64,000 bases of DNA, from NCBI RefSeq assembly GCF_026210795.1, contig NC_089430.1:5952001-6016000 (forward strand), read 5' to 3'. The notes beneath the pieces are model-generated. The model saw only the letters and a list, made by a program, of their open reading frames with translations. It did not search any database and was not told the origin of the DNA. The stretch comes from Rhizophagus irregularis (lineage: Eukaryota). Each line of letters starts with the position of its first letter. The stretch's first letter is position 1. A program made the translations under genes and the position numbers. Of the stretch, positions 38,660 to 51,012 are shown piece by piece.

Positions 38660-41600
38660 TTTCGAAGGTATACATATACCTTCAAATTTTCACTTCTTTT
38701 AACAAAACGTTTCACTAATGTTTTCGTTTTTTTCTTTTTTAGATTCAAGACACCCATTTAAAAGGCTCGAATGGGCTTCTAAAGTACAGAAACCCCAAAG
38801 ATTCCTAAGTACGAATTCTTTGGAGTTTTTTTTTATATTTTTAATATGAACGGTTACTAACCATTTTTTTTTTACTTTTTTTTTAGATTTGGCTATTTGG
38901 GTGGGTTTCCGAAGTATAGAACCCCCAAAGATTCGTAAGTACAAATTCTTTGGAGTTTTTTTTTATATTTTTAATATGAACGGTTACTAACCATTTTTTT
39001 TTACTTTTTTTTTAGATTTGGCTGTTTGGGTGGGTTTCCGAAGTATAGAAACCCCAAAGATTTGTAAGTACGAATTCTTTGGAGTTTTTTTTTTATATTT
39101 TTAATATGAACGGTTACTAACCATTCTTTTTTTACTTTTTTTTTAGGTTCGGCTGTTCGGGTGGGCTTCCGAAATATAGAAACTCCAAAGATTTGTAAGT
39201 ACGAATTCTTTGAAGTTTTTTTTATATTTTTAATATGAACAGTTACTAACTGTTCTTTTTTTACTTTTTTTTTAGGTTCAGCCGTTCAGGTAGGCTTTTG
39301 AAGTATAGAAACCCCAAAGATTCGTAAGTACAAATTCTTTGGAGTTTTTTTTTATATTTTTAATATGAACGGTTAATACTAACCATTCTTTTTTATTTTT
39401 CTTTTTTAGGTTCGGCTTTCAAGTGACTTCTGAAAAATGGAAAAAACCAAGTTTCGTAAGTTCGAAACTTGGTTATTTTTTTTGTTTATTTTTAATATTA
39501 TGAACAGTTATTAATAACCGTTCTTTTTCTTTTTTTTTTTTAGGATCGGATGTTCGAAGGACGGAAAAATTCCAAGATTCGTAAGAATCTTGGATTTTTT
39601 TTATTTTTTTTAAAAAAAATATTATGAACGGTTACTAATAAAGCTCCGAACAGGTCGGTTTGGTCCGAATTATAGACGGTTTGGATTAGAGCCAAAATCC
39701 GTAAGAACCGAACTGAAAAACTGGCAGTTCGGTTCAATTTAATCCGATTTTTATAAAAATGCGAAAAATCAAATAGCCGGCCATCTAGTGATCGTATAAA
39801 GTCGAGCCATATTTCATTGGATTCGTCTCGATGAGACGCGACGAATGGTGCTAAGATCATGTCTCTAGCATCGATAGATCACACGTTAATCCACGCTAAA
39901 TGATTTATAAATAATTGGAATTAGCAAGCTATCTATCGGTGCTAGAGACATGATCTTAGCACCATTCGACGCGTCTCAGTGAGACGAATCCAATGAATAT
40001 AAATTCGTTCATGTACGACTACTGGATGGCGAATAATATCAAGTTTAGCATTTTTTAAAAAATTTCGAGCATTAAAAATTAAAAATTCCGATACATGAAT
40101 TTATTCGTCGTCCAATGGTCGTACAAATATGAATTATGACTCATTGGATTCGTCTTGATGAGACGAGTCGAATAGTGGTGAGATCATGTCTCTAGCATTA
40201 ATAGATCGTAAGTTAATTCACGCTAAATAATTTATAAAAAATTGGCATTAGCAAGCTTCTATCGATGCTAGAGACGTGATCTTGCCACCATTCGACTCGT
40301 CTTATCGAGACGAATCCAATGAGTCCTAATTCATATTTGTACGACCATTGGATGACGAATAAATTCATGTATCGGAATTTTTAATTTTTAACGCTCGAAA
40401 TTTTTAAAAAAATGCGAAACTTGATATTATTCGCCATCCAGTAGTCGTACACGAACGAATTTATATTCATTGGATTTGTCTCACTGAGACGCGTCGAATG
40501 GTGCTAAGATCATGTCTCTAGCACCGATAGATAGCTTGCTAATTCCAATTATTTATAAATCATTTAGCGTGGGTTAACGTGTGATATATCAATGCTAGAG
40601 ACATGATCTTAGCACCATTCATCGCGTCTCATCGAGACGAATCCAATGATATATGGCTCGACTTTGTACGATCACTAGATGGACGGCTATTCAATTTTTC
40701 GCATTTTTATAAAAAATCGGATTAAACTGAACCGAACCGCCAGTTTTTTGGTTCTAATACCCGAACTGAACCGAACCGAATTTTGAGCCAGTTTCGGATT
40801 GGTTCCCTGGTTTAGCCCGAACCGTTCGGAGTTTTAGTTACTAATAACCGTTCTTTTATTTTTTATAGATTCGGGTAGACTTCCGTGTTCTGAAGAACGG
40901 GAAAATTCCAAAGATTCGTAAGAATCTTGGATTTTTTTTTTATTTTTTTTTAAAAAAATATTATGAACGGTTACTAATAACCATTCTTTTCTATTTTTTA
41001 GGATCTAGTGGACTTCCAAAGAAAGGAAAACCAAGAAATCAAGATTAATAAGTAAGTACGAATCTTGGTTTAATTTTTTTGTTTTTTTTTTAATATATGA
41101 ACGGTTCTAACCGTTCTTTTCTTTTTTTTTAGGATCTGGTGGGCTTCCAAAGAATGAAAACCCAAAGATTCGTAAGTACGAATCTTTAATTTTTGGTTTT
41201 ATTTATTATTATTACGAATGGTTTACTAACCATTCTTTCTTTTTTTTTATAGATTCGGATGGGCTTCTGAAGAACGAAAACCCAAAGATTCGTAAGTACG
41301 AATCTTCAATTTTTTTTTTATTTATTATTATTACGAATGGTTTACTAACCATTCTTTCTTTTTTTTTATAGGTTCTGGTGGGCTTCCGAAGAATGAAAAT
41401 CCAAAGATAAAGATTCGTAAATACGAATCTTTATATATTTTTTATTTTTATTTTTTTATTATTTTGGAACGGTTTACTAACCGTTCCTTTCTTTTTTTAT
41501 AGGTTTGGGCGGGCTTTTGTGTGAAAAAACCAAGATTCGTAAGTACGAATCTTGGTTTAATTTTTTTAATTTTTTTTTTAATATTAATGAACGGTTACTA

Positions 41601-42200
41601 ATAACCGTTCTTTTTTTTTAGGATCGGGTGGAGTGGACTTCTGACCTTCGGGAAAAGAAGAACCAAGATTCGTAAGTACAAATCTTGGTTTATTTTTTTT
41701 GATTTTTTTTTTTTAATATTAATGAACAGTTACTAATAACCGTTCTTTCTTTTTTTTTAGGCTTTGGGTTGGCTTCTGATCTTTGGAAAAGTGAAACCAA
41801 GATTCGTAAATATAAATCTTGGTTTATTTTTTTTGATTTTTTTTTTTTAATATTAATAAACGGTTACTAATAACCGTTCTTTCTTTTTTTTTAGGCTTTG
41901 GGTTGGCTTCCGATCTTCAGAAAAGTGGAACCAAGATTCGTAAGTACGAATCTTAGTTTATTTTTTTTGATTTTTTTTTTAATATTATTATGAACAGTTA
42001 CTAATAACCGTTCTTTTCTTTTCTTTTTAGGTCTCAGGTGTCTCAGGTGGCTTCTGAAGAACGAAAAAAACCAAAGATTCGTAAGTAAGTACGAATCTTG
42101 GTTTTTTTTCTTATTTTTTTAATATTATAAACGGTTACTAACCGTTCTTCTTTTTTTTTATAGGTTCAGGTGGATTGCTAAAGAACAATCAAAGATTCGT
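38660..42200 (+). repeat. Tandem array of ~18 mini-exon (mostly 36-50 nt) + intron (~75-90 nt) units
   Basis: Repeating ttttag|exon...aagattc|gtaagt...tactaac...ttttag with ~120-135 bp period. Confidence 0.88.
39639..40836. mobile_element. hAT-type non-autonomous element containing a ~1-kb palindrome
   Basis: TIR taaagctccgaac / gttcggagtttta; perfect 8-bp TSD gttactaa. Confidence 0.85.
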
Positions 42201-43228
42201 ATATACGAATACATGAATCATGTAATTGTGGAATTGTATTTGAATTAGCAATATTTTTTGTAAATTAGATAGATAATGCAATAATAATAATATAATTATA
42301 AAGTATTTAAGCATTAATAAATACATTTATTTAATAAATTTGATAAAAAAATCAAAATAAATTCATAAATAGATGGGTTGTTATTAGACCATAATTCGGC
42401 TTAAAGTTTTAATGTCGAATATTGGTCAATTTAAACCTGAATAATGGTTGAATAATTTGTCCAAATTTGGGACGATTGGCACCCTAAATGCGTCCAAAAA
42501 TTTGACCTCAATTTGACACAGATTAGATCATCATTTGACCTATATTCGACCTGGTCAAATTTAAGTCAAATTGTTCTTTTTCGACTAGTGTAGTTTTTCA
42601 AATGTTAAGGTTCATTTTTTACCACCAAATACAACATCATTTCTTCAACCATTAGATCAAGGTATTATTTATAGTTTAAAAGCACAATATCGCAAATTGC
42701 TATGTCAAAATCATATTCAAGCTTATGATTTTTATGAAGAGGGAGACCCCATTCCACCCCCAATTAATATTTTTGATTCAATCAGTTTAATTGCTGATGC
42801 CTGGAAAAAAGTATCTAAAAAAACAATTCTTAACAGTTGGGCTAAAGCTGAAATCCTTCCCAATAATATGGAAGATTCTGAATATTCAGACAATTCCGAT
42901 TATGAAGAAGATAATATGGACATGAATTACAATTATTAATTGATGAGTTAGGATTCATAGATCCTTTAGCTATGAATGACTATATTAATATTGATAATAG
43001 AGCATCTGCTGAAGAGAAATTATCATTACAAGAAATTGTTGACGTTGTAAAGGGAACAAATGAAAGGGAAATTGAAGAGGAAAAGAAGCAAGATGAAATC
43101 TCTACAATAGTTGCGTTAAATAGCATTGAAAATGTAATTAAATATATTCAACAAAAAGATTTAGAAATTGGTAATTTAGAAATGAAAAATTTAATTAAAT
43201 TGAAAAAAAGGATCTTTTTTGATAATAT

Positions 43229-43940
43229 GGTGTCGGAACTCTATACTCAAAAATAAAATTGTGATAATTATAAATCTTTCAACACTTTAATAAAATAAAA
43301 TTTCAAAGAAATAAACTGGTAACTTTGTTCTACAAGACAAGTACTATTAAATTACCGGTCAGATTTTCAAAAAAATATCTACATAAAAAGTTATAAGCGT
43401 TTGAAATTTGGTTATTTTTATATGATTGGCCCAAATTTGAAACAAAAAGTCACATAAATGCATTTATTTTATGAGAATTTACATAATTTGTATTGACATT
43501 TAATTATTTTAAGGCTTAAAATGGCTTAAAATGTCCTTAATTTACTTAAAAATCTAAATTTAACTCCATTTTAGCTTGATTGTTCTTAAATAAATACTAC
43601 TTTCTATACTTATCAGTGGAATTGAATTTTTGAATTATGACAGACGTAATTAAAATGCCGCAATTCACCGTAATTATATATTTTATTAGTAAACATTTGT
43701 ACTGACGTAATTATTTTTGGCTATGCCGTAATATTTTGACATTGACTTTTTAATTCTACTGAGAAATATACTAGAAATATACTACTTTCTGCTTTATTCT
43801 TAAGCCGATTTCCTTTTTTTTCCTTTTTTGTATATGCTCGTATCTGTTTTTTCTAAAATTGTGAATTTTTATTGGTTATTGTACTTCTCACGTAATAAAT
43901 TAAAAATTTGAAACATTTTTGAGTATAGAGTTCTGGCACC
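43229..43940. mobile_element. MITE with 4-bp ATAT TSD (Sola-like)
   Basis: TIR ggtgtcggaactctatactcaaaa / ttttgagtatagagttctggcacc; removing it plus 4 bp restores the pogo frame. Confidence 0.85.
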
Positions 43941-44909
43941 ATATAAATGAAAAAAGGCAAAGTAAACTAAATGAATATTTTGATTTTAATGTATGACAGA
44001 TAGTTCTTTTATAATAATAAAATTATATTCATTTTTGAATAAAATTTTGAAAATTTTGAACAAAAAATCACGTGATTTCTTGGTATTTTGGATTTTTCAT
44101 ATATTTTTATATAAATCCGGTTTGGCAAGATTTTTTCGATATATCGGATGTCTTGATATATCGGATATTTTTACTGGAACTAACTGATCTGATTTATCAA
44201 AATTGCCTGTGTATTTATGTTTAAAGTTGAGATACAAATTTTTAATATATATAGTAAGTGCTAAGAATTATATTAATTTAAAAGAAATATTTACCAACTT
44301 ATAGTATAATAACATTAAATAAAAGTTTTTTAATACTCAGTTACTCCTAATTTACTGTATATTATATAGTATTTTGTATAATAAAAATGTAATAAAATCA
44401 ATATTTTAATTAAAGATAGACAAATCAGCCCATATGAGTACAATACATTTTCATATATATGCAATATATGTAACTTATTAACTAATATTTATACAAGTTA
44501 TGTAAATTTATTTATTATATATTATAAAAGAAAATTATATATTAAAAGGATTACGCAAATTATTTTTAAATATAAATTCTAATTTCTATTTAGCATTAAT
44601 ATTTTCTGCTAGATGTTTCAATATCTTTAACATTTATATCACTAAAATCTTTTTTACTTTCACTATATTCATCATGTTTACCATCATACTCATTATCTTC
44701 ATTTTGCTGTAGTTTTTCTAACCATTCATTTAAATGATCATTAAATTGAAAATTCAAATTTTCTTTTAAATCTATACTATTTTGATCATTATTAAGATCA
44801 TTATCATTTAATTCTTCATTTTGTAAATATTTTTCATTTTCATTTTTATTTCATTTTCATTATCATTTTATTTTTATTTTTATTTTTGGTTATTATTATT
44901 AGTAGATTC

Positions 44910-45471
44910 TAGTGCTCCGTACGAGCCAATCCAGCTCGAGCCAGCTCACGAGCCAGGTATATCAAGCTGAGCTGAGCCGTGGCTCATAATAAATTTGGCT
45001 CAGCTCATTCAAGCTGAACTTTGATACAGCTCGTTCGAGTTAGCTCGCGAGTTATGAGCTAGTTCGCGAGCTCCAGAACTTTTTTTCTTTATTATTGCCG
45101 GCATCACGTGATTTTTAATTTTGGCCAGAATTAAGTGATCAACATGGAAATTTCCTTTTTTAGAATCCTGTGCAATGCATTTCCCCATTTTTGATAAGAA
45201 ATAAAATTGCCTTTTGGATTGTATAACGTTACTCAGGTGTTCAAAAAAGGAAATTTCCATATCAATTATTTAATTCCGGCCAAATTAAAAAAATCACGAG
45301 AAATATGCAGAATTTGATAAAAGCTCAGTTCAGCTCGAGCTAAGCCACCTTAAAACTCAGCTCGGCTCGACTCGAGGTTGGCTCAATACAAGCCAAGCTC
45401 GAAAATTCTAATCGAACCGAGCCTGCTCAAATTTTAGCTCGGCTCGCTAAGCCGACTCGTGCGGAGCTTTA
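44910..45471. mobile_element. hAT-type MITE
   Basis: TIR tagtgctccgtacgag / ctcgtgcggagcttta; TSD gtagattc/gtaaattc; gagct/gctcg subterminal repeats. Confidence 0.82.
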
Positions 45472-45905
45472 GTAAATTCTTGTTGATCATTATTATATCG
45501 ATTATAGTTATAGATGCTGTCAGAATTATTTTTACGGTTATAGCATATGCCGTAATGCTATAATTAAATGCCATAAATCGTAAATACCGTGATGCTGTAA
45601 TGCCATAATGCCGTAATTTAATTTAACGCCGTAATGTTGTAAATAAATATGCTGTAAATGAATAAGACTAAACTTAATTTCAGCTAAGTTCGCAATGCTG
45701 GATCAATTTTTTTTCATGTTTTATCACGTGACATTACACGGATTTCAAAAAAATGAAATTTTGTCCCTCAATAAAATTGAATAATGAGTTGCACAAAGTT
45801 ACACAAGATTCCAAAAAAGAAAATATTCATATCAATCATTTAGCATTTGTAAAGGTCATGTGATCGTGATTAATTATAACCTGATACCTCATCATTCGAC
45901 CAGTA

Positions 45906-48330
45906 GTTTAGTAACGTTTCTTAAAGAATATAATAAAAAAATCTACTCCCTAACCTCCTTTTTTACCTAAATTCCAAAGTCCAGTTCGTATTATTTGTCT
46001 GGCAACCTAAAAAAAAGAAAGAGAAGCGTTAGAACGTTTCTCTTAAAAAAAAATATTATTCCTCCTCTCCTTCACTTTACATAATTCCAAAGTCTGGTTT
46101 GTAGTTTTCGTCCAGCAACCTAAAAAAGAAGCATTTAGTAATGTAATAAAATAAAAAAAACCCACTTCCTGACTCCTCTTTTACCTAAATTCCAAAGTCT
46201 GGTTCGTATTATTCGTCTGGCAACCTAAAAAAAAGAAAGAGAAGCGTTAGAACATTTCTCTTAAAAAAATAAAATATTATTCTTCCTCTCCTTCACTTAC
46301 ATAATTCCAAAGTCCAGGTCGTATTATTCGTCTGGCAACCTAAAAAAAAGAAAAAGAGAAGCGTTAGAACGTTTCTCTTAAAAAAAAATATGTTATCCCA
46401 GTTTGTAGATATGATATTGACCGATTGATGATCAATTTCTTTTCCTGCAATTTGTGTCATTCGTGAATTGGGTGAGATGTGATCCGTAATCTAGATCAGG
46501 ATAATCTGATTTGGAAAAAAAAATTTCTTTTTTGTGAACAAAAAAAATTGCCGGACTTTGAGAATTGAAGTAAGAGAGGAGTTTTTCGTTGTTTTTTTTT
46601 AATAAATTAAACTAATTTATTTTTCTCTTTTGTAGGGTTACTGAATGAAAACTAGACTCTTGGAATTGAGGTAAGGGAGGGCTGAGGGAGAAGGTTTTTC
46701 GTTTTTTTTTAATATATTTTTTTCTTTTTTGTAGTGTTGCCAGATGAAAAATATTGCCGGACTTTTGGAATTGAAGTAAGAGAAGGCTGAGGGAAAGCTT
46801 TTTCATTGTTTTTTTAATAAATTAAACTAATTTGTTTTTTTCTTTTTTATAGAGTTGCCAGACGAAAACATTGCCAGATCTTTGGAATTGAAGTAAAAAA
46901 GGGCTGAGGGAAAGCTTTTTCATTGTTTTTTAATAAATTAAACTAATTTATTTTTTTCTGTTTGATAGGGTTGCCAGACAAAAAACATTGCCGGACTTTT
47001 GGAATTAAGGTAAGGGAAGGTCGGGAAAAGGATTTCATGATTTTTTTTTTTAAATAATTTAATTTATGGTTTTTCTTTTTTTAAGGTTAGCCAGACAAAA
47101 AATATGATCAGATTTTTGGAATTGAGGTAAAGGAGGACTGAGCAGAATCTACTTTTTTGTAGAGTTGCTGGATGAAAATATACTAGTGTTTCGTTCCTTT
47201 AAACTAATTTGAATCTTGATGAAAAATAGAGTTGTTTCTTTTCTAAGCAGATCCAAGGCATTGGAAAGTTTGGCTGGAACCTGGAATTTTTTAGACGTTT
47301 CTGGATCATTGATTTCGGTGGAACAGAGCAATTTTTTTTTTTAAAAAAAATTTTTTTATAACGAAATGCTTACTAACGTTTCAATTTTTTTTTTTATAGT
47401 TGAAGTATTCAAATTCGGTGAGCATTGTTTTTTATCTTTAATTCTTTTAATGAATAATCCCTAAAGGTTTATTCTTTTTTTTTCTTCTGTAGACGGCTGG
47501 TGCTTTGGAACATTTGGATGCATGTGAATCGGTAAGGAAGGTTTTTTGAATAATGAAGCGATACGGTTACTAATTATTTCATTTTTTTTTTTGTAGATAG
47601 TGATATTGGAATTCGGTGAATTTATTATTCAAAATATATTGTGAAGGCAATTGGATGATGATTATCTAACGAAGATTATGTTATAGAGTCTTTGAACAAA
47701 AAAATTTAAAGGTTCTTAAGATCTCCTTAAACGTAAGTATCGTTATGTTTATTTTTTTTTAAAAAAAAAATAATCTTTTTTAATGAATCGTTTATTAAAA
47801 TGTTTCGTTTATTTCATTTTTATAGACGACCAATTCTTCATTATCTTTGGACATGGATTTTGGTAAGGGGTGAATATTCTTGGATTATTTATTTAATTAA
47901 ATAATTACTAATGTTTGTTTGTTTAAAAATCTTTTAGACAGCTCTTCTACTCTTTAAACGTGGGAATTTGGTGAGTGTGATGTTTCTTTTAATTTTTTAT
48001 TCTATCTTTTAAAGGACATTAACTAATTTCTTTTTTTTAGATGGTTTGTTTCTTAGCTCTTTGGACGTGAAATTCGATGAGAACATTCCTTTAACAAGAC
48101 GTTTTGTATTCCAGGTCTTTAGATGAGTGAAAACTTTCGTAGGGATTAGGCCATCGAATATAAATCTACTCCACTTTTCCAACACTTTTGCCGTCTTTTC
48201 CATTCCTTTTCCATCCCTTTCCACACTTTCGTCTCCCCTTTTCCATTCTTTTTTCATTTCCATTTCTTTTATCTTTTTTAGATGACTTCTCAGCCCTTTG
48301 GATATGGCATTCTGGTAAGTTTTGTAATGG
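45906..48330. repeat. Second, divergently oriented mini-exon/intron arrays (minus 45906-46390, plus 46530-48330)
   Basis: ag|gttgccagac...ggactttggaattta g|gtaa units on both strands with ctaac/ctaat branch sites. Confidence 0.7.
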
Positions 48331-48657
48331 TTCTGTAAGGTAAAATCAAATATTAGTCCAAGATGGTTTTCAGTATATAATAAGGTAAAATTGTTTATAT
48401 TTCCGAACCTGTATAATATTTAGTCATTAGCGGATTAGATTTTTTCAATAACGGATTTAATAACATGTTTTAAAATATTTTTTTTTATACAGTTTTTATA
48501 AACTGGTTCAAAACTCTTTAAACTCCATATGGGAAGAGTTATATAGGATATCTGATGGAAAATTTTTTTTAAGAGATTTTCTAAGAGTTCATATGGGAAG
48601 GGTTCGTATGGGATATCTGATAGAAAATTTTTTTTTTTGAGAGATTTCCTAAGATTC

Positions 48658-51012
48658 CACTGGTCGAATGATGAGGTATCAGGTTATAAGCTATCATGAT
48701 GTATCGGTCAAATAGGACCCCGAACAATATATATAAAGGTAGGTTTTGAGTTTGCTTAACCAACATATAAAAATTTTTCCTATGTGAGATTTATTATTGC
48801 TTATTTGATACCATAATTTTTAAATAGTCAGATATAATTATGCGTAGCAGAGTATTAAATTATTAATAGTCAGATATATATTTGCGTAGCAGGATAGATT
48901 TTTTTAATATATATATATAATATAATATATATTTACATTTTTCACATTAAAAAAATTTAATAAAATATGTAAACAAAGTTATAAACATGTTTGTGTAAAA
49001 AAAATTTACTATTTTTAATACAAAGAATAAGTTAATTGTATACGTAATACAGGAATCATTTTTAGACGTGATTGTGTAACGTGTTTTTGATAAAACAAAT
49101 ACGCGTCCGCGTAACATTAAAATTATAAATTATATACGCGTCCATGTAACAGTAAAAAAATATATATTAAAAATGAGAGCAAGAAAAATAAGTGTTTTTC
49201 TGTTTTTTTATAATTTTACACTATAATTTTTGTAATAATCAGTAAAAGTTATTTCATTTTTACTTAGAAAATTTTTTAAAAATATTTTTTTTGACAAATT
49301 TTACAGTAAATTTTAAAAATAAAAATTCCGCGTATTGGTGGCGTTACAAAAAACATGAATAAATCCATAAATATCTATTCAATCGTGATAAAAATTTATA
49401 TGTAAGTAGATTCGAACCTGCTGAACAACTTTACTTAAGAAGGTTTTGGATGTTTCCTTTGACTAAAGTGCCTAAATTACGCTCTGAAGTCACAGAACAG
49501 ATATACGAAATATTAATAAGAAACATTTATAAGTTGTAATATTACAAAAAAATAATAATAGCTTTATCCATACTTTATTTCAAAAATTTTTGTTTTTTTA
49601 GTTTTTTTTATATACATATTTTATAAAAAAAATTATATATAAATATATATATGTCATAAAATAAATTGCTTAGCAGTGTAAAAAATTTATGGGTTAGATA
49701 AAAGTTTGCTTAGCAGACATGAAAAATATTTGCTTATTGACCTTAGTAAATTTTGAATTTTTTATCTGACCTATATATATATTGTTCGGGGTCCTGGTCA
49801 AATATCAGAAATCTGATATGGCATGATAGGTATATTGGTATCCGATATTATTTATAAAATTATATCAGAAAATTTTAATATACCTATCAGTAATCCGATA
49901 GGTTATTGATATTTCTAAAAAACAATTGATTCATATCAGGAAAAGATTGACTCAAATTGAATGATTATCTGATTATTTTTTTCCAGAAACGAATTACAAA
50001 AAAAATAAACTCTTTCATGTAACATTTTATTTTTTTTTTCCAACAAAAAGTATCATTTATATTTTAAGAAACAATGACTGAACGGTCAGTCTTTCAGTAG
50101 ACTTATAGGAATGCAAGAAGTGCAGAAGGTTAATATATTTTTTGTTTTTTTTTTCTTTTTCTTTTTTCTTTATTTTTTTCACCTTATTCTTATTTCTTTA
50201 GGGATGAGTCTTTTCTCTTGGAATGGCGATTTTGGTAACTACTGAGAATGCAAAAGATGCAGAAGGTTAATATATTTCTTTTTTTTTCATTTTTTTTTTT
50301 AATTTTATTGTTTTTTTCTTTACTTATTTAATTCTTATTTCTTTAGGAATGGGTCTCTTCTCTTGGAATGGCAATTTGGTGATTTCTAAAAATGTAAAAG
50401 ACGCGAAAAGTTAGTACTTAGTATATTTTTTTCATTTTCATTTTAATTTTATTGTTTTTTTCTTTACTTACCTAATTCTTATTTCTTTAGGAACAGGTCT
50501 CTTCTCTTGGAACGGCAATTTTGGTAATTTCTAAGAATGTGAAAGATGCGGAAAGTTAGTATATTTTTTTCATTTTCTTTTTTTAATTTTATTGTTTTTT
50601 CTTTACTTACCTAATTCTTATTTCTTTAGGAACGGGTCTCTTCTTTCGGGATAGTGATTGGGAATAGAGGTAAATGTGAAGTGGCTGTGTGTAGGTCAGT
50701 GTATTTATTGTAATTAAGAGACGTTCTCTTCTTTTTGTAGAACATTATTAATCAAGCAATTTAGACTCAGATTGATTCGACTCATCAACTCGTTTTGGAG
50801 CACTACTGCTTCAGTTCTGATTTTTGGGTTTGGATATATAGGTGAGTTTTGAAGAGAACTTTAAAAAATTTTTTTTAAAAAAATTTATTTAACTTTTTTT
50901 TCTTTTATTTTGTAGGTTTCAGCTTCAGTTTTTGGGTGTTGGATAGGTGAGCGAAGCTTTGAAATTTTAAAAACCTTATTTTTTTTTAAAGTTTATTTAA
51001 TTTTTTTTCTTT
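48658..51012 (+). mobile_element. Left part of a CACTA-type element with a third mini-exon/intron array (50040-51010)
   Basis: Begins cactggtcgaatgatgaggtatcaggttata (inverted copy at 45876-45905); repeats tctttag|gaa..gtctcttctcttggaa...gcggaa|gttagt. Confidence 0.65.
48714..49795. mobile_element. Non-autonomous AGGACCC-TIR (P-like) element
   Basis: TIR aggaccccgaacaatatatata / tatatatattgttcggggtcct; perfect 8-bp TSD ggtcaaat. Confidence 0.88.

Larger units (their letters stand above)
38300..42590 (+). mobile_element. Non-autonomous CACTA element carrying a mini-exon/intron array
   Basis: TIR cactagtcgaaaaag / ctttttcgactagtg; 3-bp TSD tag. Confidence 0.9.
37422..43996 (+). pseudogene. 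pogo/Tigger (CENP-B HTH + DDE_1) transposase, interrupted
   Basis: IWNCDETALFW, NSKAWM; removing the insertions restores NS-FSNVKVHFLPPNTTSFLQPLDQG and DN-INEKRQSKLNEYF. Confidence 0.9.
37140..44211 (+). mobile_element. pogo/Tigger transposon with two nested insertions
   Basis: TIR cacaggcaatctcaataaatcggatc / gatctgatttatcaaaattgcctgtg; TA TSD. Confidence 0.88.
36595..44431. mobile_element. ~760-bp MITE (GGG ends, ATAT TSD, Sola-like) hosting the pogo element
   Basis: TIR gggctgatttgtcta / tagacaaatcagccc, atat on both flanks. Confidence 0.6.

Noticed and set aside
38699..39860. Minus-strand ORFs of 81 and 106 aa
   Set aside because: Antisense readings of tandem and palindromic repeats with no recognisable motif
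38660..42200. CRISPR-like array (palindromic repeats with spacers)
   Set aside because: The 'spacers' are homologous to each other, the units carry spliceosomal signals, there are no cas genes and the context is eukaryotic
45876..48688. Single CACTA element bounded by the 30-bp inverted repeats
   Set aside because: The repeats face outward (a right end, then a left end), so they belong to two separate elements or a rearranged one
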